Origin: Akkermansiaceae bacterium
GTDB lineage: Bacteria > Verrucomicrobiota > Verrucomicrobiia > Verrucomicrobiales > Akkermansiaceae
Direction of reading: 5' to 3'
DNA: 64,000 nucleotides
NCBI GenBank assembly: GCA_051251915.1
Contig: JBPOGF010000001.1
Location: forward strand, 96,001 to 160,000
Positions 1-9,388 of this stretch are shown here, piece by piece. Every line of letters begins with the position of its first letter. The stretch's first letter is position 1. Made by a program: the position numbers and the translations under genes. The notes under the pieces were generated by a model that was given only the letters and a program-made list of their open reading frames with translations, was not told the origin of the DNA and did no database searches.

Positions 1-146
1 TAGCGATGAGTCTTGAGCGTGCTATCGAATATATCAATGCTGATGAGCTAGTAGAGGCGACTCCTAGTCACTTACGTATTCGTAAGCGTATTCTTTGCCC
101 TAACGAGCGTAAGCGCGCGGAGAAGAAGAAGGAGCAGAACTCATAG
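1..146 (+). CDS. typA: GTP-binding protein TypA/BipA, C-terminal fragment (runs off window start)
   Basis: Frame from nt 3 reads [47 protein letters not shown], the characteristic TypA C-terminus. Confidence 0.9.
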   Translation, partial: AMSLERAIEYINADELVEATPSHLRIRKRILCPNERKRAEKKKEQNS

Positions 147-161
147 TATAAGTTTCTTTAC

Positions 162-204
162 AAAAAAGCCCTCTAACAGGTTATGCTGTTAGAGGGCTTT
201 TTTT
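162..204. terminator. Bidirectional intrinsic terminator between convergent typA and dxs
   Basis: A6-GCCCTCTAACAG-gttatg-CTGTTAGAGGGC-T7, a perfect 12-bp stem with tails on both sides. Confidence 0.9.
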
Positions 205-246
205 GTAGTGATGTAAGGCTGAGACCGTCGTTTATAGAGGTCAGTT

Positions 247-2127
247 TTAGAGGTGCTTTTGCACTAGGGCTACGGCGTTTTCTGTGGTGATGCCGTGTTT
301 TGCTCTGAGGATGTCTACTTTGCCATGCTCAACGAATTCATCTGGCCAGCCTATGCGTTCAACTGGGGTGTGGATTCCTGAGGTGTGGAGTAGCTCGATG
401 ATGCTAGAGCCGAACCCGTTCATGAGGACGTGATCTTCGAAGGTGCATATAACTTTACATTTCTGAGCATACTCGGTGATGAGTTTTGCATCGAGTGGTT
501 TGATCCAGCGCGGGTTAATGAGGGCTACTGAGTAGCCTAGGGCTTCGAGTTTCTCTTTTGTGGCGACGGCTATTTCGAAGAAGTGACCGAGTCCGATGAG
601 GCAGATATCTGATCCATCGGCTACGAGTTCAGCTTCGCCAATTGTGAGGATTTCAGGTGTGGCCTTAGGTTTGGCTCCGACTCCGGCTCCACGAGGGAAT
701 CGAATGCAGGTGGGGCCATCATTATAGGATGCCATGGTGTGGAGCATGTCTACGAACTCTGCTTCGTCCTTAGGCTGCATGTGAATGAGGTCTGGGACGT
801 GACGAAGGTAACCAATATCAAATAATCCGTGGTGTGTAGGACCGTCATCTCCGCTGAGGCCTGCGCGGTCCATACAGAGGCGAACAGGTAAGTTTTGCAG
901 AGCTATGTCATGAATGATCATGTCATAGGCGCGTTGCATAAATGTGGAGTATATGGCGAGGAAGGGCTTGTATCCTTCGCAGGCGTGACCGCAGGCGAAG
1001 AGGGCGGCGTGTTCTTCAGCGATGCCCACATCGAAGTAGCGCTCGTTGAGTTCCTTTTTAAAAATGTCTAGTTTGGTGCCGCCTGGCATTGCTGCGGTGA
1101 TGGCGGTGATTTTCTCATCTTTTTTCGCCATGTCGGTGACGGTGCGGCCGAAGATTTCTGAGAAAGTAGGCAATAGGGAAGACGTAGTAGAGCCGTCTTC
1201 CTTCTTGTATGGCCCTAGTCCGTGGAATTTTCCTGGGTTATCTATTGCAGGTGTATAGCCTTTACCTTTTTCTGTGATGGCGTGGAGGATGACGGGTTCA
1301 TCTTGCTCTTTGAGGTACAGGAAGGTGTCGATGAGGGCATTGACGTCATGTCCCTTGACTGGGCCATAGTAGCGGATGCCGAAGTTTTCGAAGAGGACGT
1401 TTTCAGAGAAGAGGTTCTTGGCTCCTTGTTCAACTTTATGGGCGAGCTTGCGGATGCCTGATCCGCCAAATTTCTCTAATAAGTCGGCAGACTTCTTTCT
1501 CACTGATGAATAAGTAGGGCTGGTTTGGAGTGTGTTAAAATAGCGGGAAATGGCACCTACATTTTTATCGATTGACCATTCATTATCATTGAGAACGATG
1601 ATGAATTTCTTGGTGGTGTCATGAATGTTGTTTAGAGCTTCAAGCGTGGCGCCACATGTGAATGCAGCATCACCTGCGAAGGCGATGACGTGGTTATCTT
1701 TTCCAGCAAGGTCTCTGGCTGAGGCCATTCCTAGTGCGGATGAAAGGGCTGTGCCCGCGTGTCCTGCGCCATAGGAATCATGCTCAGATTCTGTTCTGAG
1801 TAGGAAGCCGTTGAGTCCTTGGTATGTTCTGATCGTGTGAATTTCTTCAGCTCTCCCAGTTAGCATTTTGTGTACATATCCTTGATGGGAGACATCAAAT
1901 GTCATCTTGTCATCGGGGCTATCGAAGGCATAGTGCATTGCGATACATAGTTCGACAACGCCGAGGTTTGGCCCTAGATGGCCACCTGTGACGGAGAGTC
2001 TAGTAATGAGGACTTCACGGATTTCCTCAGCGAGCAACGGTAGATCGCTACGGTTGATTTTTTTGAGATCCGCTGGGGATTTGATCGTCTTTAAGAGACG
2101 TGGTAGTTCAGAAGAGTCGGATTTCAT
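247..2127 (-). CDS. dxs: 1-deoxy-D-xylulose-5-phosphate synthase
   Basis: GGHLGPNLGVVEL, DVSHQGYVHK, GDAA..LNDNEWSI, DVGIAEEHA and DGPTHHG motifs; start moved to ATG 2127 (2133 also possible). Confidence 0.96.
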   Translation of the reverse strand: MKSDSSELPRLLKTIKSPADLKKINRSDLPLLAEEIREVLITRLSVTGGHLGPNLGVVELCIAMHYAFDSPDDKMTFDVSHQGYVHKMLTGRAEEIHTIRTYQGLNGFLLRTESEHDSYGAGHAGTALSSALGMASARDLAGKDNHVIAFAGDAAFTCGATLEALNNIHDTTKKFIIVLNDNEWSIDKNVGAISRYFNTLQTSPTYSSVRKKSADLLEKFGGSGIRKLAHKVEQGAKNLFSENVLFENFGIRYYGPVKGHDVNALIDTFLYLKEQDEPVILHAITEKGKGYTPAIDNPGKFHGLGPYKKEDGSTTSSLLPTFSEIFGRTVTDMAKKDEKITAITAAMPGGTKLDIFKKELNERYFDVGIAEEHAALFACGHACEGYKPFLAIYSTFMQRAYDMIIHDIALQNLPVRLCMDRAGLSGDDGPTHHGLFDIGYLRHVPDLIHMQPKDEAEFVDMLHTMASYNDGPTCIRFPRGAGVGAKPKATPEILTIGEAELVADGSDICLIGLGHFFEIAVATKEKLEALGYSVALINPRWIKPLDAKLITEYAQKCKVICTFEDHVLMNGFGSSIIELLHTSGIHTPVERIGWPDEFVEHGKVDILRAKHGITTENAVALVQKHL

Positions 2128-2380
2128 CGTCATCGTGGCTTGGTGATTGGGGGCTAGTGTCGGTGTTTTTTTCTGTGGCGTCATTAGCGATTACTTCTAG
2201 CCTTTTCTTGGCAGAAGTTAGGAATGCTTCACAGTCTTTGTGGAGTTTGGCACCCCGTTCGAATTTATCAATAAGTACTTGTAGAGGAAGTTGGTCTTCT
2301 TCCATGGAGACGACTATTTCTTCTAACTCAGTGACAGCTTCTTCAAAGGTGAATTCTTTAGTTGGTGACTTTTTCGGCAT
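2108..2380 (-). CDS. xseB: Exodeoxyribonuclease VII small subunit
   Basis: TFEEAVTELEEIVVSME..LPL..FERGAKL...C...L..AKKRL motif; lies next to dxs as in many bacteria. Confidence 0.92.
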   Translation of the reverse strand: MPKKSPTKEFTFEEAVTELEEIVVSMEEDQLPLQVLIDKFERGAKLHKDCEAFLTSAKKRLEVIANDATEKNTDTSPQSPSHDDDEIRLF

Positions 2381-2397
2381 AGTGTGTGAAAGCAAAA

Positions 2398-4206
2398 TTA
2401 GTTTTGTTCTTCCATTTCCTGGTTACGTTGCTCTGGATCTATGTTGGTGTATAGCAAGTAGTTAAATGAGCTCATTCTCATCTGCTCGTCTTCAGAGATT
2501 GGAACGCGATGGTTGTAGCGGCCTTTAGTAGGAGATACTAATTCTTGAGTTTGTGGAGAATTCTCGGCGTATCCTGCGCCTCCTTGAATAATGCCTAGCC
2601 AATTGATAGTAAGCGGGGCGAGGTCTCCATACAGCTGGAAGTTTAATTTCAAATTATCTGAAGTTATAGAAGGAGTGAGATAGATTCCAGAGATATTAGC
2701 ACGGTATTTTTTTGCAATTGATTCGATTTCTTCTAGTTGTTTCAAATTTCCAGGGATCCAAATGGCAGTTCTATCTGCATACCAAGCGACTGCCCATGGT
2801 TGATCAGTGAAAACAATTTCTGTGTCTTTTACATATTTTGAAAATACCTGATTATGAATATATGGAGAATAGCCTGGAACTGTTTTTGGGCCACGTGCTC
2901 TGAAGTCATTTTGTAAGTTAATTAACATCGGGGTAGCTGTCACTATGATAATTACAATGAACGGAGTGAGACCTGCAATACCTGGTTGCTGGCTCAATGG
3001 GATTCTTGCCCAGAGGATACTGATCAGAGCTAATGCAAATGCTGACATCATGGGCATGAATAAAACATGAAGTTGATTTGGATCTAATGGGTTATCCGAT
3101 AGACCATAAACTGACATTCCGAGAGCTGCAGATATCCACATAATTAAAATCGCCCATCGAAACACAGCAATGCTCGTTCTTTTAAACGGATGAAACAATG
3201 CTAAGAAGAAGCCTGTGGCCATAAAGAATCCGCCAATGTATGAGTGGATTTGATTAGTCTGAAGTAATGTTGTCTTAATGACACGTGTCATAAGTTCTCT
3301 TACGTTCATTCCAGGTAGAGCCATTTGCCTAAAGCTATAATCTTGTCCTACTCCTGTGGCTCCATTAATGTAGTAATATGCGGTTCCTAGGAGGCCATCA
3401 CTATTTTTGGCGTTGAAGATGAGTGGGCCAGCGATGAAAATAGCCACTGTAATAGTTACAAAGATTGCTGAAATTCCGCGCGGTTTGAAGTAGCTTATGC
3501 AGAATAGGATGTAACCGAAGAATATCCATAGTGTCATCCAGTGAGCTAGAGCAAGTAGGCCAAACATGAAGCCAGATAAGATGACGGGGACAATAGGTGA
3601 GAGTCCAGCTTCTTGTCTCTGAACCGCTTTCCAGATGAGATAGCAGGCACCTGAGAAAATGCAGAGCATTAGCATTTGAGGTAGACCTGATTGTGAGAAA
3701 TTCCAAAAGTGCTCACTCACCAGCATTAATATAGCCACAATAGAGGCTATTTTTGTGTCAAACATGTTCGAGATGAGGATGAAATTGATACCGATGGCTA
3801 TCATAAAAAAAAGCACACAGGTTCCTGCTATTACTCGGTCTAACTCATATACGTCTTGGTTTTTAGTCATTGCGTAATTTGCTGGGTCATCGCCACCGAA
3901 GGCTTTGATCACACCCGCATAGATGAGAACGTTAAGAGGAGAGTGGGTAGTATCATAGAAATGATACATATCGATAGGCTTGTCTGCCTCTTGGAGTTGC
4001 TGAAGGGCGACGGGTCTGATGAATTTAGTAGTAATGCCTTCATTTTTAGCGATTTGACGACCTATTTGAGCTTGGTCCATGCCGTATTTTGAAGTCAGTC
4101 CTCTGAAGTTGAACATGATGTAGACAATGGCTAGGCCGATCATCAATGTGAAAAAGAGGATTCTATATATCGCTGATTTCGCGTCTATAGGTTTTTGTGT
4201 TTGCAT
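2398..4206 (-). CDS. Polytopic membrane protein, probable GT-C fold glycosyltransferase (ArnT/PMT-like)
   Basis: About 12 hydrophobic segments, N-terminal loop MDQAQIGRQIA...HSPL and a soluble C-terminal domain. Confidence 0.6.
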   Translation of the reverse strand: MQTQKPIDAKSAIYRILFFTLMIGLAIVYIMFNFRGLTSKYGMDQAQIGRQIAKNEGITTKFIRPVALQQLQEADKPIDMYHFYDTTHSPLNVLIYAGVIKAFGGDDPANYAMTKNQDVYELDRVIAGTCVLFFMIAIGINFILISNMFDTKIASIVAILMLVSEHFWNFSQSGLPQMLMLCIFSGACYLIWKAVQRQEAGLSPIVPVILSGFMFGLLALAHWMTLWIFFGYILFCISYFKPRGISAIFVTITVAIFIAGPLIFNAKNSDGLLGTAYYYINGATGVGQDYSFRQMALPGMNVRELMTRVIKTTLLQTNQIHSYIGGFFMATGFFLALFHPFKRTSIAVFRWAILIMWISAALGMSVYGLSDNPLDPNQLHVLFMPMMSAFALALISILWARIPLSQQPGIAGLTPFIVIIIVTATPMLINLQNDFRARGPKTVPGYSPYIHNQVFSKYVKDTEIVFTDQPWAVAWYADRTAIWIPGNLKQLEEIESIAKKYRANISGIYLTPSITSDNLKLNFQLYGDLAPLTINWLGIIQGGAGYAENSPQTQELVSPTKGRYNHRVPISEDEQMRMSSFNYLLYTNIDPEQRNQEMEEQN

Positions 4207-4240
4207 AGGTTGTATTGAAATTAAATTGGTTTTAAATCAG

Positions 4241-5668
4241 TTAGAGGTCTTTTAGTTTGCGTTGAAGAGTGCGTCTGCTGATGCCCAAAAGCTCGGCGGC
4301 AAGGGTTCTATTGCCGCCGGAATGTTCTAACGCTCTTGTGATAGTCATTTTCTCCAGCGCACTCAAGTTGAAATCGGCCGGTTTCGCAAGACTGTTTTTT
4401 GTTTCTTGGTTATCTAATGGGTCATTTGGGAGGTCATTTTGGCGAATAGATTCATTTTTGGCAATGAATGCAGGCAGATGTCGGGGGCTGATGAATTTGT
4501 CATTACTCATGACGACACCATGTTCTATGGCGGTTCGTAGTTCTCTGACGTTTCCTGGCCAGCGGTATTCTTGTAGTAAATGGGCTGCTTCGTCACTCAG
4601 GGGTTTTTCTTCACGATTGTTCTCTTTAGCAAATTCTTTAAGGAAAGCATTTGCTAACAAAATAATGTCCTCAGTGCGTTTTCTGAGTGGAGGCATTTCT
4701 ATTTTTACAACGTTAAGGCGGAAAAATAAGTCTTCTCTAAAGTCGCCTTTAGCTACCATTTTGCGTAAGTTTTTGTTTGTGGCAGTTACGACTCGGACAT
4801 CGACTTTGATGGGGGCGTTGGAGCCTACGCGTTCGATGGTTTTTTCACTTAGGACACGTAGGAGTTTAACTTGTGTGGCTTGATCGATCTCACCGATTTC
4901 ATCGAGGAAAATGGTTCCGCCGTTGGCTTGCTCGAATCGGCCCATTCTTCTTTGCGTGGCACCGGTGAAAGCTCCTTTTTCGTGGCCGAATAATTCGCTT
5001 TCGAGTAGCTGTGGGCTGAGGGCTGCGCAGTTTACGGTCACTAGTTTATCTGCGGGTCTGCCGCTCATTGTGTGAATGGCGCCAGCTACTAGTTCCTTAC
5101 CTGTGCCGCTTTCACCTTCTACTAAGACTGTGGCTTTAGTGGGAGCGATCTGGGTAATCATTTGATGGACTTGGGTCATGGCGGGGGAGCTGCCGATGAG
5201 ACGTTCGAGTCCATGAGGTGATTTGCCCGTTTGCTTACGGAGTTGTTGGTTTTCTTGCTCTAGTTTGACAATTTTAGTGTCTTGTTTACGTCCACGGAGG
5301 GCGCGTTTGATGAGCATTTCTACTTCATCTAGGTTGAGTGGTTTAGTAACGAAGTGCCACGCGCCTCTGCGCATGGCTTCCACTGCTGTGTCAACGCTTC
5401 CGTATGCTGTCATCATGACGGCTATGGGCGGGCGGGGTAGGGCGAGTGCTTGATCTAAGAGGTCCATGCCGTTGTCGCCGCCCATTCTGAGGTCGGTTAG
5501 CATGAGGTCTACTTTCTCGCTTTTTAGAATGTTCATGGCCTCGCGGATGTCGGAAGCTACGTAGCAGTCAAAGCTCTCCTCTAGGGCTAATCGTAGACCA
5601 TCGCGGGTGGATTTCTCGTCATCGACGATTAGAACCACGGCGTTATTATCCTTGTTAAAATCTATCAT
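4241..5668 (-). CDS. Sigma-54-dependent response regulator (NtrC/AtoC family)
   Basis: REC domain (IVDDE, LTDLRM, KP), AAA+ with GESGTGKE and ELFGHEKGAFTGA, C-terminal Fis-type HTH. Confidence 0.95.
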   Translation of the reverse strand: MIDFNKDNNAVVLIVDDEKSTRDGLRLALEESFDCYVASDIREAMNILKSEKVDLMLTDLRMGGDNGMDLLDQALALPRPPIAVMMTAYGSVDTAVEAMRRGAWHFVTKPLNLDEVEMLIKRALRGRKQDTKIVKLEQENQQLRKQTGKSPHGLERLIGSSPAMTQVHQMITQIAPTKATVLVEGESGTGKELVAGAIHTMSGRPADKLVTVNCAALSPQLLESELFGHEKGAFTGATQRRMGRFEQANGGTIFLDEIGEIDQATQVKLLRVLSEKTIERVGSNAPIKVDVRVVTATNKNLRKMVAKGDFREDLFFRLNVVKIEMPPLRKRTEDIILLANAFLKEFAKENNREEKPLSDEAAHLLQEYRWPGNVRELRTAIEHGVVMSNDKFISPRHLPAFIAKNESIRQNDLPNDPLDNQETKNSLAKPADFNLSALEKMTITRALEHSGGNRTLAAELLGISRRTLQRKLKDL

Positions 5669-6858
5669 TCCTCTGTTTCTACATCTATTAGCGGTTTACT
5701 GTCATCTGTCTCAAGGAGACGGATATGCTTTTCCATTCTTGGAAAATAGAGGTTCACTGTAGTTCCTTTGTTTTCTTCGCTGTCGATTTCCATTTCGCCT
5801 CCATGTTCACGTACGATGCGGCGGACAATGAGTAAGCCTAGTCCTGATCCTGATTTCTTGGTGGTGCGGAAGGGTTCGAATAGCGCACCCATGTGCTCGG
5901 GGGAAATTCCTTTGCCGTTATCTGTGATACTTATGACGACTTCGTGATCTGTGAACTTTGTATCAATCGTGATTTGGCCGTCCTTGGAGGTGACTGCTTG
6001 GGCTGCATTTCGGATTAAATTATAGAGGGCTTGTTGGATCTGGCCAGCGTCGAGATCCATTAGAGGTAAGTTTTCTGTGAGTTCTAGATTGATTTTGATG
6101 TCTCGTTCTATCAGCTCGGCTTCGAGGGTTTCTAGTGTGTCACGTAGGATGTTGTGAAGTTGCACTTTTTCACGCATTGAGCCTTGTGGGCGTAGTGCGT
6201 GTAGGAATTGTTTCAAGATGTTATCTAGCCGTTTGATTTCCTGTTTGGCTGTTCCTAGTAGTTTGCTGAGGTCTTGTTTTTCTTTGCCTTCAAGTTTGTT
6301 GATTTTTCTGCCGAGTAGCTGGAGGTGGATGTCTAGTGAGGTTAGTGGATTTCCTATCTCGTGAGCTACGCCGGCGGCGAGGAATGTCAGGGCGTTTAGT
6401 TTCTCGGTCTCTAGGTTTTCCTCATGGGCTTTTTTGCTCTTGGTGATGTCATGGATGAGCATCACGTAACCGAGATGTTCTTCTTTGCTTTCCACTTGGC
6501 CATTGATTGGTGCTAGGTAGAAGTTGAGGAACCTGTTTTCAGGGTAAAATACCTCCATGTCTCGTGTTACTACGCGATCTGGATGAGCAAGGTTGCTCCA
6601 GTCGAGTCCTCGGATGACCGAGTTCACTTTTTGTCCGACACAACGAGTGGTGTCGACGCCTAGTAGCTGATGGACTGCGCGATTTGCGAAGGTGATGTTT
6701 CCATCTGGATCTAGGATGAATACCCCCTCACGAAGTGCTTCAAAGACGCTTTCCATGAAGCCTTTTTCGCGCACTAATCTTGAGACTAGGTTCTGCACCT
6801 CGCTGGGTGAGAACCGATCTAGTCTGGTGATTAGTTTGTCTAGAAAGCCGTCTTTCAT
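5665..6858 (-). CDS. Cytoplasmic PAS sensor histidine kinase (NtrB-like)
   Basis: PAS domain, H-box AAGVAHEIGNPL, N-box NLIRNA, DNGKGI and GSGLGL; 4-bp overlap with the response regulator. Confidence 0.93.
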   Translation of the reverse strand: MKDGFLDKLITRLDRFSPSEVQNLVSRLVREKGFMESVFEALREGVFILDPDGNITFANRAVHQLLGVDTTRCVGQKVNSVIRGLDWSNLAHPDRVVTRDMEVFYPENRFLNFYLAPINGQVESKEEHLGYVMLIHDITKSKKAHEENLETEKLNALTFLAAGVAHEIGNPLTSLDIHLQLLGRKINKLEGKEKQDLSKLLGTAKQEIKRLDNILKQFLHALRPQGSMREKVQLHNILRDTLETLEAELIERDIKINLELTENLPLMDLDAGQIQQALYNLIRNAAQAVTSKDGQITIDTKFTDHEVVISITDNGKGISPEHMGALFEPFRTTKKSGSGLGLLIVRRIVREHGGEMEIDSEENKGTTVNLYFPRMEKHIRLLETDDSKPLIDVETEE

Positions 6859-6933
6859 TTGCGCGACACAATGGCACACTGCCTACTTATATGCAATCAG
6901 GATTCCTTATTTTAAATGACAGCTATTAGGGAG

Positions 6934-7485
6934 TTATGGTTGTGTTGTTGGCGTAGCTTTTTTTGCAGGTTCTTTCAGTAGGGTGTCGGCTAGTGCTCGC
7001 GCCTTTTCGGATTCATCTTTGCCGCTGAATGAGCCTAGTAATTTAGAGTCACCTTTGTTGAGTGCGATCACTAATAATACGGATTTCATGCTTTGTTTTG
7101 CTTCGTCAGAGGTGCCGGAGTAGCGGTAGATGATGGCGTGAGGGGTGAATGATTGCCCTTTTACGACTCCTCGCCATTCGACTACCTCATTGGCTACATG
7201 GGCAAATACACCGGGGCTGGCTTTAAGTGTGTCTCGATATAAATCACTTACTTTTTCACCATATTTAATCTCGATAATGCTTCTGCCGTCACCTCCATGG
7301 TGGAGGAGTTCGTAGCCTCCGAAGCCGGGGCAGAGTTCTACGAAGAAGTCGATTTCGGGGTTTTCTAGTAGTTCTGAACTTTCTAATACTGCTACGTGTT
7401 TACGATTTGTAGAGGAGTAAAATGAAGTTATTGTGTTCGGTAAAGCGACTAAGGAAGATAGGATTAAGAAGGCAAATATTTTCAT
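6934..7485 (-). CDS. Hypothetical exported protein
   Basis: 183-aa ORF with a signal-peptide-like N-terminus MKIFAFLILSSLVA. Confidence 0.7.
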   Translation of the reverse strand: MKIFAFLILSSLVALPNTITSFYSSTNRKHVAVLESSELLENPEIDFFVELCPGFGGYELLHHGGDGRSIIEIKYGEKVSDLYRDTLKASPGVFAHVANEVVEWRGVVKGQSFTPHAIIYRYSGTSDEAKQSMKSVLLVIALNKGDSKLLGSFSGKDESEKARALADTLLKEPAKKATPTTQP

Positions 7486-7509
7486 ATCTTTAACATGAGG
7501 TAGATTTTA

Positions 7510-8592
7510 TCACCTGTCAATATCCTGCCATTTCACTAGAGATCCAAGAGGGGTAAGGCCATCGTGGTGCCAAGTTAAGCTTGGCATTTGGGATTGGCCT
7601 AGGGGGCAAAGTCGGGGAACGTTGTAATCTGGATTTTCGTCTAGAATTGATCGTTCCACAGCGAGGGTGGAAATGTATTCGCGTTCAAGTCCGAGATCTG
7701 TGAAGTTTTCTGGCCATGGTTGGACTGTTATCACTCGGTTGAGTATTGATGGCTTGAGGGTGGGGGAGTTTTTGTAGATGGCTGTCCAGCTGGTGTTTCC
7801 GAGGCTATGTTCTAGGGCTATGTTATCCGGATCATTGGCGGCTTCATAACGGATGACTTCTCTTAAGTTTGAAATAGCACCACTTTCAGAAATGCCGATG
7901 TCTCCGCGAGGGTTTATTGCTTCATATTCCCGCATTGAATCGACTAATAAGGGGAGGAAATCTCGTGCGTTTTGCTTTACAAAGACTGTGTGTAGGGACA
8001 GGCATCCTTGTTGGTTGAACGCGCAGGCGTCTTGGGTGACTAATTTAGCAGCTTCTGCGCTGGGAGTGTTGACCAAGCCTATCGACAGTTTGTGGCCGTG
8101 TGGGATGAATCTTTGGTGTGGGGAGATGCGTTGTTGGATCTCAGCCATGGTGGTGTCTGACCCGATTGCGATGACTGTTTTTGCAGAGCTGAAGATTTCA
8201 TCGTTGAGATCTGCGGTGATTGTTACTAATTGTGATAAGGTTTCGGGGAGTTTTTCCACCCATGTGTTTAGCTCGGGCAGTCCGCTCGATGGTAATTTCA
8301 CCAAATTCTTAGCTCCAACGAGTAATCCTCGAAGAAGACTCTGTAAGCCTGCGTGTGGGGTGTTGCCGCTGAGAATGTGTAAGATAGGGCCGTTGGCGAG
8401 CGCTTTGGTGGTTTTGGAAAACTTACCTCTGGTCTGGTAATTTACAAATTTATCGAGAACTTCAGTATTTCCGAGCTCTAATTCGACCCAATCTAGGAGA
8501 TCTTGTGCGTTGAATTTTCCTAGATATCTCTCAGAGGTGAGTTTTTCGCAATGTATGGCTAGTAGTTCAGCCCGCTTGGCAGTGGTGGTCAT
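7510..8592 (-). CDS. Acyl-CoA reductase, LuxC-like
   Basis: HILSGNTP, LVKLPS, IAIGSD, HGHKLS and QQGCLS (catalytic Cys) motifs; start placed at MTTTAK. Confidence 0.8.
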   Translation of the reverse strand: MTTTAKRAELLAIHCEKLTSERYLGKFNAQDLLDWVELELGNTEVLDKFVNYQTRGKFSKTTKALANGPILHILSGNTPHAGLQSLLRGLLVGAKNLVKLPSSGLPELNTWVEKLPETLSQLVTITADLNDEIFSSAKTVIAIGSDTTMAEIQQRISPHQRFIPHGHKLSIGLVNTPSAEAAKLVTQDACAFNQQGCLSLHTVFVKQNARDFLPLLVDSMREYEAINPRGDIGISESGAISNLREVIRYEAANDPDNIALEHSLGNTSWTAIYKNSPTLKPSILNRVITVQPWPENFTDLGLEREYISTLAVERSILDENPDYNVPRLCPLGQSQMPSLTWHHDGLTPLGSLVKWQDIDR

Positions 8593-8600
8593 TGTGAGGG

Positions 8601-8629
8601 AGTATCTCGATACTGCCACAACTAGCCAA
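8601..8629 (-). promoter_or_regulatory. Putative sigma70 promoter of the luxC-like gene with a palindrome over the -10 box
   Basis: Minus strand TTGGCT-17-GATACT-8 nt-ATG; inverted repeat AGTATC-tc-GATACT at 8601-8614. Confidence 0.45.
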
Positions 8630-8721
8630 GAAAAAAGCGTGTCTGGAGTTGTTCTATTCTGCTAATAACTGGCTAAAATTCAGTTAAAAGCCACTTTTTT
8701 CAAGAAAAAGCAAAAATAGGC

Positions 8722-8751
8722 TTGCAAAAAACTGGGTTCTCTATATATACC
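8722..8751 (+). promoter_or_regulatory. Putative sigma70 promoter of rpsN
   Basis: TTGCAA (8722) then TATATA/TATACC 16-18 nt later, about 9-11 nt before ATG 8761. Confidence 0.5.
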
Positions 8752-8760
8752 GCTTCCTCT

Positions 8761-9030
8761 ATGGCAAGATCAAGTTGGAAAGCGCGCAACGAGCGCAAGA
8801 AAAAAACAGTAGCTAAGTATGCACCACTCCGTGCTAAACTTAAGCAGGAAAAGGATTATATCGGACTCAGCATGCTTCCTCGTGATGCATCACCTACTCG
8901 TGTAGTGAACCGCTGCGAATACACAGGACGTCGTCACGGCTTCCTTCGCCGCTTCAAGCTATCACGTATTGCATTCCGCGAACTAGCATCACACGGGATG
9001 ATCCCGGGTGTAACTAAGTCTAGTTGGTAA
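8761..9030 (+). CDS. rpsN: 30S ribosomal protein S14, 89-aa zinc-independent (C-) type
   Basis: [51 protein letters not shown]; only one Cys. Confidence 0.96.
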   Translation: MARSSWKARNERKKKTVAKYAPLRAKLKQEKDYIGLSMLPRDASPTRVVNRCEYTGRRHGFLRRFKLSRIAFRELASHGMIPGVTKSSW

Positions 9031-9108
9031 TTTGCAATTTTACAAACTCACAATATTGTGATACACATTTCTGCGTAAGATGGGGTTATCTCTGTCTTAC
9101 GCATACTT

Positions 9109-9369
9109 ATGCCTCTATACGAATACATATCCGAGTGCCCTGATGACCCTGACAGTAGTTGTAGGGTATGTAGTAAGGGATTCGAACTCCGCAGACCGTT
9201 GGATAGACCGGCGTTAGAAGTCTGCCCGCTTTGCCGCCATGCTGTGAAGAAGCTGATCAGTAGGGTGAATTCACCTATGGTCGCAAAACCATTTTCAGTG
9301 ACTGATGCCAAGAAGGCAGGTTTCACTGTGCTTGAAAAACGCGATGAGGGCGTTTTTGAGAAGCAATGA
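9109..9369 (+). CDS. FmdB-family zinc-ribbon protein
   Basis: MPLYEY..C..C..FE......CPLC...VKKLIS pattern. Confidence 0.85.
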   Translation: MPLYEYISECPDDPDSSCRVCSKGFELRRPLDRPALEVCPLCRHAVKKLISRVNSPMVAKPFSVTDAKKAGFTVLEKRDEGVFEKQ

Positions 9370-9388
9370 TTTCTTTATTATATAACTA

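Noticed and set aside
4241..6933. Sigma-54 (-24/-12) promoter near the NtrC-like gene
   Set aside because: TGGCAC at about 6872 lacks a correctly spaced TTGC; no convincing site found by eye
7510..8592. Bioluminescence operon
   Set aside because: Only a luxC-like gene; no luxA/B/D/E in the window
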